DNA from: Candidatus Geocrenenecus arthurdayi | GTDB lineage: Archaea; Thermoproteota; Nitrososphaeria_A; Caldarchaeales; Wolframiiraptoraceae | Assembly: GCA_023539395.1 (NCBI GenBank) | Contig: JAKCEX010000029.1 | Location: forward strand, 1 to 17,069 | Direction of reading: 5' to 3' | DNA: 17,069 nt | Part shown: positions 15,791 to 17,069 of the stretch, piece by piece | Numbering within the stretch: position 1 is the stretch's first letter | Layout: every line of letters starts with the position of its first letter | Notes under the pieces: model-generated | Database searches by the model: none | Told to the model about the DNA's origin: nothing | What the model saw: the letters and a program-made list of their open reading frames with translations, nothing else | Program-made: the position numbers and the translations under genes

Positions 15791-16942
15791 CTATCTTTTA
15801 TTTCGACTTCTGCCTTTTCCTCTATCATTCTCGTCATTTTGGTTATGCTTATCTCTCTCACCCTGTTTATTACCCACATCTTTAGATTTACCATTTGCTT
15901 CACTATTGTTGGTATAATTGCCGCCTACTTTATCATTATCTAATGTCCCATTAGATTGTTTCTGCCCACCGTGGGGCTTATCCAAACTTAATTTAGTATC
16001 TTCAAGCTTATTCATGACTTCTTGAAGGGATATGTTTATACTAGCAGCCGTTTCATTGTCTAGATGTTTTCCACTCTGTGCATTAACTTCATTGATACAA
16101 GCATTCAATATATTCTCCGCAGCATTAAGCATATTCCACGCTACATGTGATCGATTAAGTAGTAGGTGATGTTCCGCCTGCTCGATCTTCTTTAATGCAT
16201 TCTGGAGCTTAGCTAGGATACTCTGCTGAATAGTTACATTAATTTCTGAGACTACCTCAATTAGTGTTGCTAAGTCTACACCCATAATGTCTATTAGGTT
16301 ACTGAGAGTAGAGTTAATGAAGATGTTGAAAACAAGGTCAGGCCCAAATTCTATACCTCTACTATAAATCATTATCTGATAACTCCCATAAGTTGTATTG
16401 AATGGGATAGGCACGATTACTTGGAACTCTCCATTTTCATCAGCAGTCACAGAGCCATTAAAGATTATAGAACCATCAGAAACTATTATGACTACAATAG
16501 AGTTTGGTTCAACTCCTCCACCCATAATTACTATGGATTCTTCTGGTAAGAACTCATACTTATTAACTTGAACTAGACCGAAGATGTCTCCAGCAACACC
16601 ACCTTCAGCATCTAATAGTTGGACTACATATGTACCAGATGGATTAGAAGTCGAGTTCCAGTATATTTCCAGAGGTATAGATCCGTCAGATGTTGAATTA
16701 AATTCTATTGAATAGACTACAGAATCATGATACAAGACTTGGAGAGTATAATTTGAGTTAGGCTGTAATCCACTCGCATTGAATCTGACAATATCACCAG
16801 CTAAGTAGAAGTCTCTATCAGTAGTTAGGGTTGGCTGCGATTCCTGAGCAGCTATCAGTAGAATTGGAAGCTGCTGAGTTAAGAGAAGAGTCACCACTAA
16901 TACTGGCATATATTTCGGGACCATACATTTCCAAGGATGCAT
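15791..16942 (-). CDS. Secreted/surface glycoprotein candidate: signal peptide, two beta-sandwich-like regions, FIMAH-like helical region, basic low-complexity tail
   Basis: N-terminal hydrophobic signal (MPVLVVTLLLTQQLPILLIAAQE). 14 N-x-S/T sequons in 383 aa. Helical segment LAKLQNALKKIEQAEHHLLLNRSHVAWNMLNAAENILNACINEVNAQSGKHLDNETAA. C-terminal G/N/K/D/R-rich tail ending GKGRSRNKR. A TATA-like 'ttaaatat' lies on the minus strand about 26 nt upstream of the ATG. Confidence 0.6.
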   Translation of the reverse strand: MHPWKCMVPKYMPVLVVTLLLTQQLPILLIAAQESQPTLTTDRDFYLAGDIVRFNASGLQPNSNYTLQVLYHDSVVYSIEFNSTSDGSIPLEIYWNSTSNPSGTYVVQLLDAEGGVAGDIFGLVQVNKYEFLPEESIVIMGGGVEPNSIVVIIVSDGSIIFNGSVTADENGEFQVIVPIPFNTTYGSYQIMIYSRGIEFGPDLVFNIFINSTLSNLIDIMGVDLATLIEVVSEINVTIQQSILAKLQNALKKIEQAEHHLLLNRSHVAWNMLNAAENILNACINEVNAQSGKHLDNETAASINISLQEVMNKLEDTKLSLDKPHGGQKQSNGTLDNDKVGGNYTNNSEANGKSKDVGNKQGERDKHNQNDENDRGKGRSRNKR

Positions 16943-17069
16943 ACTAAAAATCTAGTAAGGATGAATATTTAATTTTCAAGCTCGATTTCCCTCGGGAAAA
17001 TTCTAGAGGTAATTAGAATACAGAATTTATGCTGAAAATGGTTGGTAGACCTGAATTTTATTCTGGGCG

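Noticed and set aside
15709-15903. 64-aa minus-strand ORF bridging the UDG 3' end and the secreted-protein 3' end
   Set aside because: It overlaps two better-supported genes out of frame and has no independent promoter or motif evidence.
17038-17069. ATG GTT GGT AGA CCT GAA TTT TAT TCT GGG at the right edge as the start of a plus-strand gene
   Set aside because: Only 10 codons are visible and there is no motif, so it cannot be supported.
1-17069. Search for CRISPR arrays, IS elements or transposases, integrases, rRNA and tRNA genes
   Set aside because: I saw no regularly spaced direct repeats and no transposase- or integrase-like ORFs. I saw no GC-rich structured-RNA islands or cloverleaf-compatible sequences. 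This was a manual scan only, so small or degenerate elements could have been missed.

Overview
AT-rich, densely coding archaeal chromosomal window. The gene content looks crenarchaeal (Thermoprotei-type): Nop5, fibrillarin, RpoE'/Rpo7, Spt4, GPN-loop GTPase, family-4 UDG. TATA-like boxes sit about 25-35 nt upstream of many start codons. I support 18 full-length protein genes.

Left to right:
- nop5-fibrillarin pair (+)
- GltD/SudA-like FAD/NAD(P)H Fe-S oxidoreductase with an unexplained N-terminal extension (-)
- the conserved rpoE'-spt4-DUF359 (GTP-dependent dephospho-CoA kinase family) cluster (+)
- ZIP metal transporter and flavin-reductase-domain protein (-)
- GNAT acetyltransferase, Mth938-domain protein, and a radical SAM enzyme with N-terminal 4Fe-4S and 2Fe-2S ferredoxin modules (+)
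- GPN-loop GTPase (-)
- a four-gene minus-strand operon with overlapping or abutting reading frames: TetR regulator, MacB/LolD-type ABC ATPase, a 671-aa signal-peptide/C-terminal-TM protein with about five beta-sandwich repeats, and an FtsX/MacB-fold permease
- family-4 uracil-DNA glycosylase (+)
- a sequon-rich secreted protein (-)

No rRNA, convincing tRNA, CRISPR array or IS element was seen.

Main items for follow-up:
- the TetR/ABC/surface-repeat-protein module, an uncharacterised archaeal MacB-type system
- the multi-cluster radical SAM fusion next to Mth938
- a candidate box C/D sRNA in the 173-nt spacer at 10350-10522
- a roughly 490-nt ORF-free region upstream of nop5 that contains a perfect 12-bp inverted repeat

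All family assignments come from motif recognition by eye. No searches were run.
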